This document shows positions 49,579 through 57,572 of a DNA stretch of 64,000 nt, one piece after another. Position 1 is the first letter of the stretch. Each line of letters opens with the position of its first letter. Under the pieces are notes generated by a model. It ran no database searches. It saw only the letters and a list, made by a program, of their open reading frames with translations, and had not been told where the DNA came from. Position numbers and translations under genes: made by a program. Origin of the DNA: Dehalococcoidia bacterium (GTDB lineage Bacteria; Chloroflexota; Dehalococcoidia; GIF9; AB-539-J10); assembly GCA_030610855.1 (NCBI GenBank), contig JAUWQY010000001.1, positions 1,628-65,627 on the forward strand, written 5' to 3'.

Positions 49579-50451
49579 TCACCCCTTGCTACCGTTCGTT
49601 AACCTTATCGAGAGTGTATGCCACATTCTTTGTATCTCCCGAGTGACGTTACCATTAGTGTATTCCACTACTGGCACTCCTTGAACAATTGACTCAGTAA
49701 CAACATTATCAAAAGGAATCCTCCCTGCTATCTCAACTCCCTGGCTAAGGCATTGGCTCTCAATTTGCCGTGTGTTCTCCTCGTTCAAGTCATGCTTGTT
49801 GATGCAGACCATGGCAGGAACCCCGAAGTGGCGGCAGAGGCCAAGCACTCTCTCCAAATCGTGCATCCCAGAAAGGGTCGGCTCGGTAACCAGAAGGGCT
49901 AACGCTGCCCCAGAGAGAGATGAAATGACGGGGCAGCCGATGCCGGGCGGGCCATCACTAATAATATAATCGAAACCCTGCTCTTCAGCAATCTGTTTAG
50001 CCTGCTGCCTGACTACTGCCACCAGTTTCCCTGAGTTCTCTTGAGCTATTCCCAGTCGGGCATGAACAAGAGGGCCATACTTGGTATCGGAAATGAACCA
50101 GTATCCGGCCATATTGTCCCTCATTGTTATAGCTTCAGTTGGGCACACATGTGAACAGAAGCCGCAGCCTTCACAGGATACTGCGTCAACCCGGAAATCC
50201 TTGATAGCGTTGAAGCGGCACAGCTCCTGGCACAGGCCACACTCATTGCACCCGCTTTCATCTATGTGAGCTACCTGCCCACTCCAGAACTCGTTTCTTG
50301 CCTTCTCCGAAGGGCTGAGTAGCAAATGAAGGTCTGCCGCGTCAACATCACAGTCGGCAAGCACCTTTCTTTCCGCCAGAGCCGCCAGCGAGCCGACGAT
50401 GATGGTCTTCCCGGTGCCCCCTTTACCGCTTAGTACTACGACTTCTTTCAT
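49579..50451 (-). CDS. MinD-superfamily P-loop ATPase with inserted 2x[4Fe-4S] ferredoxin domain
   Basis: SGKGGTGKT, DCDVD, two CxxCxxCxxxC, DGPPGIGCPV, VTEPT. Confidence 0.92.
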   Translation of the reverse strand: MKEVVVLSGKGGTGKTIIVGSLAALAERKVLADCDVDAADLHLLLSPSEKARNEFWSGQVAHIDESGCNECGLCQELCRFNAIKDFRVDAVSCEGCGFCSHVCPTEAITMRDNMAGYWFISDTKYGPLVHARLGIAQENSGKLVAVVRQQAKQIAEEQGFDYIISDGPPGIGCPVISSLSGAALALLVTEPTLSGMHDLERVLGLCRHFGVPAMVCINKHDLNEENTRQIESQCLSQGVEIAGRIPFDNVVTESIVQGVPVVEYTNGNVTREIQRMWHTLSIRLTNGSKG

Positions 50452-51289
50452 CAACTATCTCCGCGACCTTATCAAAGAGCTGAAGGAAGATGCTCTTCCA
50501 CTGCGGCATGCCATCGACCAAAGTTATACCACGTGAGTAGAGGCGGGCGATCTCCATATCCAAAGGAATGGTAAGCAGGATAGGTATGTTCTCTTTCTCA
50601 CAGTACTCTTCCACTTTGCTATCACCTACACCGGCACGGTTGAGCACAACGCCGCATGGGACGCCGAGTTCTCTCACCGTTTCGACGGCAAGGGCCAGGT
50701 CATTCAGCCCAAATGGAGTTGGCTCAGTTACCAGAATACAGAAATCGCTCCCCTTGATTGCCTCTACTACCGGACAGGATGTGCCCGGCGGAACATCTAT
50801 GATGACTGTATCATCGTTATTGGCATACTCCTTCACTTTTCTGATAATCGGTGGCGCCATTGCCTCACCCACCGTGAGTTTGCCATGGACAAAGCCCACA
50901 GCATCCGCGTGTCCCCACTCAACAACTCCTGTCTCGCGGCTCTCCTCAGTGATAACCTTCTCTGGGCAGAGGTAACAGCAGGCACCGCACCCGTGACAGA
51001 GCTGAGGGAAGGTCAGCACGTGCTTGCCCAGTACGGCAATGGCATGATAGGCACACACCTCAGCACACTTGCCACAGTAGGTGCACTTCTCTTCGTCTAC
51101 GTTGGGAACCGAAATTGATACGGCTTTGCTACCGGTGATTTCGGGTTTCAGAAACACGTGGTCGTTTGGCTCCTCCACATCACAGTCGAGCAGTTTAACC
51201 TTATAGTCACCGCTCAGCGAAAGAGCCAGGCTAGTAGCGACCAGCGTCTTTCCTGTGCCACCCTTCCCACTGGCAACAGATATTATCAT
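50423..51289 (-). CDS. MinD-superfamily P-loop ATPase with inserted 2x[4Fe-4S] ferredoxin domain
   Basis: SGKGGTGKT, DCDVEEPN, two CxxCxxCxxxC, PPGTSCP, VTEPTPFG. Confidence 0.92.
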   Translation of the reverse strand: MIISVASGKGGTGKTLVATSLALSLSGDYKVKLLDCDVEEPNDHVFLKPEITGSKAVSISVPNVDEEKCTYCGKCAEVCAYHAIAVLGKHVLTFPQLCHGCGACCYLCPEKVITEESRETGVVEWGHADAVGFVHGKLTVGEAMAPPIIRKVKEYANNDDTVIIDVPPGTSCPVVEAIKGSDFCILVTEPTPFGLNDLALAVETVRELGVPCGVVLNRAGVGDSKVEEYCEKENIPILLTIPLDMEIARLYSRGITLVDGMPQWKSIFLQLFDKVAEIVDERSRSTKR

Positions 51290-51290
51290 T

Positions 51291-51509
51291 CTATTCCCGA
51301 ATCATCTTGGCACCACACTTGGGGCACGTTAAATCGTAGCAGGGAATACCTACCTCGTGAGGGATATTTGCACCACAACTCGGGCAAACACAGCTGCCAC
51401 TAGGGCCTGCCCCAGGTCGGTTTCCACCCATCCTTCCCATACCCCGGCCACGTCCTGATCCTCTTCCCGGCCCCTGCCCATAAGGTCCCGTGCCATCTCC
51501 TCTAGGCAT
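51291..51509 (-). CDS. DUF5320-like Gly/Arg-rich protein with C-terminal Cys knuckle
   Basis: MPRGDGTGP.., GRG repeats, CVCPSCG..H..G.PC....CPKCG. Confidence 0.85.
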   Translation of the reverse strand: MPRGDGTGPYGQGPGRGSGRGRGMGRMGGNRPGAGPSGSCVCPSCGANIPHEVGIPCYDLTCPKCGAKMIRE

Positions 51510-51512
51510 AAA

Positions 51513-51710
51513 TCACCTCGCTGTTTTTCTCTTCCCTTCTAGTGATGTATCCGACTCTGCGCTCAACTCAGTAATGAAGTAGGGATAGTCATCAGTGCGG
51601 TTCTCCTTTCCACACTGAAAGCAAGTTTGTATTATCTTCTTAACTTCCTCCTCTGTTACTTCCTTGCCCCCGTATTCCAGGTAACCATAACTCCTCCCTT
51701 CCGAATTCAA
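51513..51710 (-). CDS. Hypothetical protein, possibly a pseudogene
   Basis: Fills the operon gap and has a CxxC; the GGAGG-linked ATG is out of frame with most of the ORF. Confidence 0.35.
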   Translation of the reverse strand: MNSEGRSYGYLEYGGKEVTEEEVKKIIQTCFQCGKENRTDDYPYFITELSAESDTSLEGKRKTAR

Positions 51711-51717
51711 GCTTTGC

Positions 51718-51942
51718 TTACTCTATACCTGGCAACCCGCAGACTCCAGAGCTGCAAGTGGGGCAACTCATATCTGCATCTTCGGTTCCACTTGAGCTAT
51801 GGCTAAAAAATGAGGAAATGAGCCTCCTCGGATTTGGAGCGTTACATTCAGGGCAGTTTATACCAGAAATACCTTCGCCAACGCTTTGGCGAACCTCGAA
51901 TCTCTGCCCACATTGGTTACATTGATACTCATAAATAGGCAT
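51718..51942 (-). CDS. FmdB-type zinc ribbon protein
   Basis: MPIYEYQCNQCG..CPECNA..CPTCSSGVC. Confidence 0.88.
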   Translation of the reverse strand: MPIYEYQCNQCGQRFEVRQSVGEGISGINCPECNAPNPRRLISSFFSHSSSGTEDADMSCPTCSSGVCGLPGIE

Positions 51943-51945
51943 GTT

Positions 51946-52503
51946 TTAGCTCTCCTTCCCCAACTCTGCGATGCGACGTTGAATCTCACTTAGCTGCTGC
52001 GCCATCATCTGAGTCTGAGATTTGAGCGCCTCTATCTCTTCCTCGGGGCTCATTGCTTGGGGCGCTGCCTGAGGTATTATTCCTGGCCCCATGCCTCTGC
52101 CCATTCCCATTCCTCGACCCATACCCATACCCATGCCGCGACCCATGCCAGAATGAGAGCCTACGTTTGGTTGGGTGCTTGGTTGTAGCCTACCTGTATT
52201 ATAGGCTTCAACAGCATCCTTTATCCTGCCTGAAACACCGGTGATTACTTGGATCCCCGCTGCCGAAAGGGTCTGGTAAGCGTTGGGCCCACAATTACCC
52301 GTGAGCACGAACTCCACGCCTTTGCCGGCAATCATCTGGGCAGTGCTGATGCCTGCCCCACCGGCAGCCATGGCGCTCGAATTCTCCAAAGTCTCAAACT
52401 CCATGCTCTGGGGGTCAACGATGATGAAGTATTGACACCTTCCAAAACGAGGATCTACGTCAGCATCCAAACCAGGAGCTGTTGCCGATACCGCAATTCT
52501 CAT
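51946..52503 (-). CDS. NifB/NifX domain fused to a GRGMG linker and coiled coil
   Basis: DPRFGRC, GAGI, TGNCGPNA; GMGRGMG repeats; MSPEEEIEALKSQ..IAEL. Confidence 0.9.
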   Translation of the reverse strand: MRIAVSATAPGLDADVDPRFGRCQYFIIVDPQSMEFETLENSSAMAAGGAGISTAQMIAGKGVEFVLTGNCGPNAYQTLSAAGIQVITGVSGRIKDAVEAYNTGRLQPSTQPNVGSHSGMGRGMGMGMGRGMGMGRGMGPGIIPQAAPQAMSPEEEIEALKSQTQMMAQQLSEIQRRIAELGKES

Positions 52504-52521
52504 GATGCACCTCTTTCTAGT

Positions 52522-52839
52522 TTACTCCGTCTCCAGTTCTTTTATTCTAGCATCTATTTGCTCCAACTGTCCCTTTACTGCTTCTGCCTGGTCCCTCAGG
52601 AAATCCAGCTCCTGCTCCCGAGTCATCTGAGGAGCGTAGGGGTAGGCTCCTGGCGCTGCTCCCATAGGTGCCCCCGCATAACTATATGGCGCAGGACCTG
52701 CATAAGGCATGCCCCTTCCAAACCCATATCCCCTGCCGAAACCATACCTGCGCCCTGTACCCCAAGGGCTGCAAAAACCTCTCCCTCCTCCCGTCATTGG
52801 TCCCATTCCCCGTGGTCCCGTTCCATCAAACCCTGGCAT
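52522..52839 (-). CDS. DUF5320 family protein
   Basis: MPGFDGTGPRGMGPMTGGGRGFC..; MTREQELDFLRDQ..IKELE; AGGAGGTGA RBS. Confidence 0.9.
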   Translation of the reverse strand: MPGFDGTGPRGMGPMTGGGRGFCSPWGTGRRYGFGRGYGFGRGMPYAGPAPYSYAGAPMGAAPGAYPYAPQMTREQELDFLRDQAEAVKGQLEQIDARIKELETE

Positions 52840-52900
52840 AATTCACCTCCTTGTCAATTTGAGTATTGTGTACGCAAATCTCATTTCTTTACTAAATTCT

Positions 52901-53104
52901 CTACTTACGAAGCTCCTCCAGCCTCTTCTTCACTTCGTCTAGCTCGCTCTCGAGCAATCTCTCCTCGTCTTCAAGCATGGCAACTCTTCCTCTCTGGACA
53001 TAGCTCCCCAGGGGGTAACCATATCCATATCCTCCATAGGGATACCTGTAGGGGATTCTATACTGCCAACCCCAAGGGTGCCGAGATCCGAACCAACGCC
53101 ACAT
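52901..53104 (-). CDS. Tyr/Gly-rich protein with DUF5320-like coiled coil
   Basis: MWRWFG..YRYPYGGYGYGY..MLEDEERLLESELDEVKKRLEEL; start trimmed to ATG 53104. Confidence 0.65.
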   Translation of the reverse strand: MWRWFGSRHPWGWQYRIPYRYPYGGYGYGYPLGSYVQRGRVAMLEDEERLLESELDEVKKRLEELRK

Positions 53105-53133
53105 TTTCTCATCTGCTCGAGAAATCCTAATAC

Positions 53134-53403
53134 TTACCACCAAGGGTATCCATAAGGTCCCCGTCTTCGCAAGCCACGACCCAAGCCACGACCCAAGCCA
53201 CGACCGAAGCCGCGACCGAAGCCACGGCCAAAGCCATAGCCCCACCTGGGCCGTACCGGTGCCGGGTAACCGTAACCATAAGCGTACGGATCACCAGGCA
53301 TTGGGTTGGCAAAGCCCGGCCTACCAAAGCCAGCGCAGAAACCAGCCGCCCTACCGGTCATCGGACCTGAGCCCATCGGTCCTGTTCTATCTCCAAATGG
53401 CAT
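53134..53403 (-). CDS. DUF5320 family protein (N-terminal motif plus GRGF/L repeats, no coiled coil)
   Basis: MPFGDRTGPMGSGPMTGRAAGFC; 12-bp tandem repeats at about 53169-53240; AGGAGGTGA RBS. Confidence 0.85.
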   Translation of the reverse strand: MPFGDRTGPMGSGPMTGRAAGFCAGFGRPGFANPMPGDPYAYGYGYPAPVRPRWGYGFGRGFGRGFGRGLGRGLGRGLRRRGPYGYPWW

Positions 53404-53435
53404 CTTTATCACCTCCTTTCTCTATTCATTGTTCA

Positions 53436-53906
53436 TCACGATCTGCCGCCGCGAAATCTCCTGCCACATCGTCGGCCCAAACCAAACGGGGGTAGAGGCG
53501 TGGGCTGTATATCCCCACTGAAGCATACGGGGCAGGACAAAGGCAGTCTCTGTGCCCTGGCCTCAAAAGACACATTCCACTCATGCCCGTCATTGCCGCA
53601 TCTAAAACGGCGCTGGGCAAGCTCGAAATTGCCTCCTTCGATTTGAATTGCCTTGCCATTGATCAGAGCGTCGGCCAGCTTTTGCCGGGCCGATTCCAAT
53701 ATACGATGAAAGGTCGGCCTGGAAATCCACATTCGCTGGGCACACGCTTCCTGTTCCAGTCCCTCCAAATCCTTGAGACGGATAGACTCAAGTTCCTCAA
53801 GCGAAAGACGAACACCCTGTAAAGCACTTACGGGAATACCCACCGGTCTGAAGGAGTCTATGCTCGGCAGCTGGGCAACGCATCGCAACTTCGTTGGCCT
53901 GGCCAT
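53436..53906 (-). CDS. DUF134 family putative DNA-binding protein with Cys/His knuckle
   Basis: MARP.K.R.V, EELESIRLKDLEGLEQE.CA..M.ISRPTF..IL.SAR.K.ADAL; C...GH.W..CPVC. Confidence 0.92.
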   Translation of the reverse strand: MARPTKLRCVAQLPSIDSFRPVGIPVSALQGVRLSLEELESIRLKDLEGLEQEACAQRMWISRPTFHRILESARQKLADALINGKAIQIEGGNFELAQRRFRCGNDGHEWNVSFEARAQRLPLSCPVCFSGDIQPTPLPPFGLGRRCGRRFRGGRS

Positions 53907-53934
53907 CAGAAATCAACCTCCTTTTCGCTACGAA

Positions 53935-53985
53935 TTATGAACATATGTCAATAATAATGATAATGGATCCTGTCGAAGTTGTCAA
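53935..53985 (-). promoter_or_regulatory. Sigma70 promoter and palindromic operator of the DUF134 operon
   Basis: TTGACA (53985-53980)-17-TATCAT (53962-53957); TTATGAACATATGTCAATAA at 53935-53954 (16/20 self-complementary) over the predicted +1. Confidence 0.8.
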
Positions 53986-54025
53986 GTTTTGACCATAGCC
54001 ATGGCGTGGTGATACAAATGGAGAT

Positions 54026-54307
54026 ATGAATTGTGTTGAGCTTTTCCCCAGTCTCGACCACTGTATCGAGAGTACGGCCAGGGAGGAATTCTGGAACTCA
54101 GTGAACGGATATTCGGAAGGCGGGCGTGAGGACAAGGAATTGGAGGAGAGGATTGAACTCCTCAAGGCTTTCCTGGAATCGGCGGACTTTGGAAAGCTCC
54201 GCAGCCAAAGCGAGAAGCACTTGATAGAAGGCAAGAAGATCAAGTTTGTGATTTGCCAGCAAGAGGGCGGGCTGGATTATCGGATGATGGTAATCGAGGG
54301 CGTTTAG
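54026..54307 (+). CDS. Hypothetical protein divergent from the DUF134 operon
   Basis: GGAGA RBS; coding-like acidic helical sequence. Confidence 0.7.
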   Translation: MNCVELFPSLDHCIESTAREEFWNSVNGYSEGGREDKELEERIELLKAFLESADFGKLRSQSEKHLIEGKKIKFVICQQEGGLDYRMMVIEGV

Positions 54308-54408
54308 CAATTCGAATTGCGATTACTGTGGCCGGTTTCCTGGTTTGTGCTTGCGATGCCTGGCGATGACGCGTGGTAGTGAGTAAGCAGCCTTCGCGAT
54401 TCAGCTTC

Positions 54409-54891
54409 CTACCTTTGGACCAAAGCCACGGCCTGGGCAGCTATTCCCTCTTCCCTGCCGATGAAGCCCAAACCGTTAGCGGTGGTGGCTTTAACTGTTA
54501 CCTGCGCTATCTCCACGTGTAAAGCCTGAGCTATGCACCTCCTCATTTCATGGATGAAAGGGGAGAGCTTCGGGCTCTCAGCTACGATGGCAACATCAAT
54601 GTTAGCCACAGCGAATCCCTTGGCTTTAACGAGGTCTGCGGTCTTGCTCAGTAGAATCAAGCTTGAGATATCCTTGTATTGCGCTTCCTGGGAGGGGAAC
54701 AAGGTGCCGACGTCGCCCAGATCAGCAGCGCCGCATAAGGCATCTATTATGGCGTGAGTTGCCACGTCGGCATCGCTCCAACCTGACAGCCCTTTGTCGT
54801 AAGGGATATCAACCCCTCCCAGGACCAGCCTGCGTCCCGAAACCAGGGGATGGCTATCATAGCCAATGCCAACTCTCAATTCCTCCTGCAT
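54409..54891 (-). CDS. ispF: 2-C-methyl-D-erythritol 2,4-cyclodiphosphate synthase
   Basis: GIGYDSH, SDADV..HA..DA, VKATT. Confidence 0.96.
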   Translation of the reverse strand: MQEELRVGIGYDSHPLVSGRRLVLGGVDIPYDKGLSGWSDADVATHAIIDALCGAADLGDVGTLFPSQEAQYKDISSLILLSKTADLVKAKGFAVANIDVAIVAESPKLSPFIHEMRRCIAQALHVEIAQVTVKATTANGLGFIGREEGIAAQAVALVQR

Positions 54892-55101
54892 CTGATCCCC
54901 TTCGAGATAGGTTTCGCACGATGTCTTACTCGCCTACCCTGAGAAATCCTCCTTCATCTTCGACGCTGCAGGTGACCTACGGTCGTTGATTATAATGCCC
55001 TTCTCACTTAGAGATTTCTCTTTCTGCCCGCAAGGCGTACTCGCGGAAAATCAGCTTCAGCCCAAACATGGCTCCGTCCTATAATATAGCACGGGCAAGG
55101 G

Positions 55102-55782
55102 TCAGATACTTCTTCTGGCGATGATTCTTGCCAGTGATAGGTCTTCAGGCGTGGTCACCTTTATATTGTTGTAATCGCCCATATAGAGGCGTACCTCATA
55201 TCCCAGACGCTCGACAGCAGCTCCATCATCGGTAATCTCCACCGGGAGGTTCTCATAAGCCCTGGTTATGACATCAAAGCTGAATATCTGAGGGGTTTGC
55301 GCTGCCCATAGTTTGTCGCGCTGAAGCGTTTCCCTGATCAATCTGTCGTCGGCAACAAGCTTGATTGTATCTTTAACTGGCACTGCTGCTACAGCGGCCC
55401 CGGTTTCTCTGGCCACCTGAAGGCCGTTCTCAATCAAATCTAGAGTCAAGAAGGGCCGAGCTCCATCGTGAATCATGACCAGGCCGCAGTTTGTTATCCG
55501 CTTCAGCCCTTCCTTCACCGAATCCTGCCGCCGCGCTCCCCCACGACATATGGTAACCTTGGACCAGTGCCTCTCCTCTTTCAATTTCCTCCCCCGGATC
55601 AAGTCCCTATCGCTCAATACCAGGACTATCTGCGTGATGAAGCTGCACCCGTGACAGGTGTCCACAGACCAGGCCAGCAGAGGCCTATTTCCCAGAGGAA
55701 CAAAGAGCTTGTTTATGCCCGCCATCCGTTCGCCGGTCCCGGCAGCAACCACAACCGCGCCCATTTTGATGACTTTGTTCAT
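55102..55782 (-). CDS. ispD: 2-C-methyl-D-erythritol 4-phosphate cytidylyltransferase
   Basis: AAG.G.RM, GGARRQDSV, HDGARP, QTPQ, KVTTPEDL; start uncertain. Confidence 0.96.
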   Translation of the reverse strand: MNKVIKMGAVVVAAGTGERMAGINKLFVPLGNRPLLAWSVDTCHGCSFITQIVLVLSDRDLIRGRKLKEERHWSKVTICRGGARRQDSVKEGLKRITNCGLVMIHDGARPFLTLDLIENGLQVARETGAAVAAVPVKDTIKLVADDRLIRETLQRDKLWAAQTPQIFSFDVITRAYENLPVEITDDGAAVERLGYEVRLYMGDYNNIKVTTPEDLSLARIIARRSI

Positions 55783-55884
55783 CACATTCCTTCTCAAAAG
55801 GCGAAGAATCCAAATCTGACTGGGGATCGCGTATCAAGGACGGAAAACCAACAATGACAAATCAAGGGGCAGGAACCTTCTTCT

Positions 55885-57330
55885 TCATCTTCGCTCTGCA
55901 TTCCTTCCTTTCGCATCCTGTATCTTGTTTTCTCTTGTGAGCCCTAGCTTCAGAGCCTCAGCTACGGAGCTAGCCTCGATTAAGTTGATGTCTGCAGCGC
56001 GGAAGGATTGTCTGATTTCGCTCGCAATGACAGAGGGAAGTTCAGGCATAAGGCAGGACTTGAAGCCTAGTCTGACAGCTTCGGCGATTCTTCTCTCTAC
56101 CTGGGATACCCCTCTAAGCTCTCCATTCAAACCTACTTCTCCCAATGCAACCAGGCCTGAAATGGGCTTAGCATCGTGGAAACTGGAGGCAATGGCTGAG
56201 GCCATCCCCAGGTCAACAGCCGGTTCGTTCACTCTCAAGCCACCAGTAACGTTGACTATGATGTCCTGGTTGAATAGCTTCAGCCCGGCACGCTTAGTGA
56301 GCACAGCGATCATCAGCAGCAGCCGGCTAAAATCAACGCCGTTAGCGATACGCCTGGGTGGAGTGAAGCTATTAGGGGTAGTCAGAGCCTGAATCTCGAC
56401 CAGCAGGGGCCGACTTCCCTCGAGAGTGGGCACCACTACGGAACCAACAGTTCCCTCCCTGTATGCGCTTAGGAAAACCTGAGAGGGATTAGCTACTTCA
56501 ACCAATCCGCTATCGCCCATCTCAAACATCCCTACCTCGTTAGTGGAGCCGAAGCGATTCTTTGCGCTGCGTAGCATTCGGTAACTGCTAAATGGTTCAC
56601 CTTCGAAGTAAAGCACGACATCAACGATGTGTTCTAGCGTTCCCGGACCTGCGATGGCCCCTTCTTTGGTCACATGCCCTGTGATCAAGAGGGGCACGCT
56701 ATTCTGTTTCGCCCACCTCTGTAATCTCCAGGTGCACTCGCGCACCTGCGAGATACTGCCGGGCGTCCCCGCCACATCCTCCAGATACATAGCCTGAATT
56801 GAATCGATGACCGCTAATCCAGGAGAAAGTCCTTCCAGGCATTCTACTACTGTCCCCAGATCGGGCTCAGAAAGGAAGTAGATCCCTTTGCCACCTATGC
56901 CCAGGCGCTCGCTTCTAAGCTTAATCTGGTTAACGGATTCTTCGCCCGAGATGTAAGCGACAACCGTGTTGTTTTCAGCCAGCATCGCTGAAACCTGAAG
57001 TAGAAGCGTGGACTTGCCTATTCCTGGCTCGCCGCCGACAAGCACTAGGGAACCCGGAACTAGACCACCTCCCAGAACTCGATTCAATTCAGCGAAGCCG
57101 AGGTGAAAGCGGGCGAAGTCACCGCTCTCCACTTGGGAAAGCTCTTGGAGGCTATTGCCTGTGGAGTGAGGCCTCTTGGTGATGCGGGATGACGCCACCC
57201 TGGTTTCTACGAAGCTGTTCCATGCCTGACAATCAGGACAGCGCCCTAACCATTTGGGGATTTCCTTCCCGCATTGCTGACAGACGAAAATACTTCGGGT
57301 TTTGGATTTGCCCTGATTGTTGGATTTCAA
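55885..57330 (-). CDS. radA: DNA repair protein RadA/Sms
   Basis: CxxC..CxxC, GGEPGIGKSTLL, KNRFG, Lon-like C-domain. Confidence 0.97.
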   Translation of the reverse strand: MKSNNQGKSKTRSIFVCQQCGKEIPKWLGRCPDCQAWNSFVETRVASSRITKRPHSTGNSLQELSQVESGDFARFHLGFAELNRVLGGGLVPGSLVLVGGEPGIGKSTLLLQVSAMLAENNTVVAYISGEESVNQIKLRSERLGIGGKGIYFLSEPDLGTVVECLEGLSPGLAVIDSIQAMYLEDVAGTPGSISQVRECTWRLQRWAKQNSVPLLITGHVTKEGAIAGPGTLEHIVDVVLYFEGEPFSSYRMLRSAKNRFGSTNEVGMFEMGDSGLVEVANPSQVFLSAYREGTVGSVVVPTLEGSRPLLVEIQALTTPNSFTPPRRIANGVDFSRLLLMIAVLTKRAGLKLFNQDIIVNVTGGLRVNEPAVDLGMASAIASSFHDAKPISGLVALGEVGLNGELRGVSQVERRIAEAVRLGFKSCLMPELPSVIASEIRQSFRAADINLIEASSVAEALKLGLTRENKIQDAKGRNAERR

Positions 57331-57348
57331 GTCTGCTGGCCGGACCGC

Positions 57349-57570
57349 CTAATACTCGATAACTGCTAGCTTTTCTCCAGTCCTAACGGCGTGCCCCGGC
57401 GAAACTGCCACCTCTACAACTGAACCTTTCAGGGGAGAAAATATGGGATTTTCCATTTTCATGGCTTCTATGACGCAAATCACGCCGCCTTCTTCAACGG
57501 CATTACCCACCTTCACCTCGACGTGTATTACTCGCCCCGGTAGCGGCGCCGTGATTACTTCCTGAGCCAT
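57349..57570 (-). CDS. Stand-alone biotinyl (biotin carboxyl carrier) domain protein
   Basis: APLPG..EAMKMEN; start trimmed to ATG 57570. Confidence 0.9.
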   Translation of the reverse strand: MAQEVITAPLPGRVIHVEVKVGNAVEEGGVICVIEAMKMENPIFSPLKGSVVEVAVSPGHAVRTGEKLAVIEY

Positions 57571-57572
57571 GC

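Noticed and set aside
53169..53240. Tandem repeats as a possible CRISPR array
   Set aside because: 12-bp contiguous units with no spacers; they encode GRGF/L in frame.
44776..53906. Nitrogen fixation cluster
   Set aside because: NifX/NifU-type domains are present, but there is no nifH, nifD, nifK, nifE, nifN or a true NifB radical SAM domain.
54892..55101. Gap between ispD and ispF with a short ATG-initiated frame
   Set aside because: Multiple stops and no recognisable homology.
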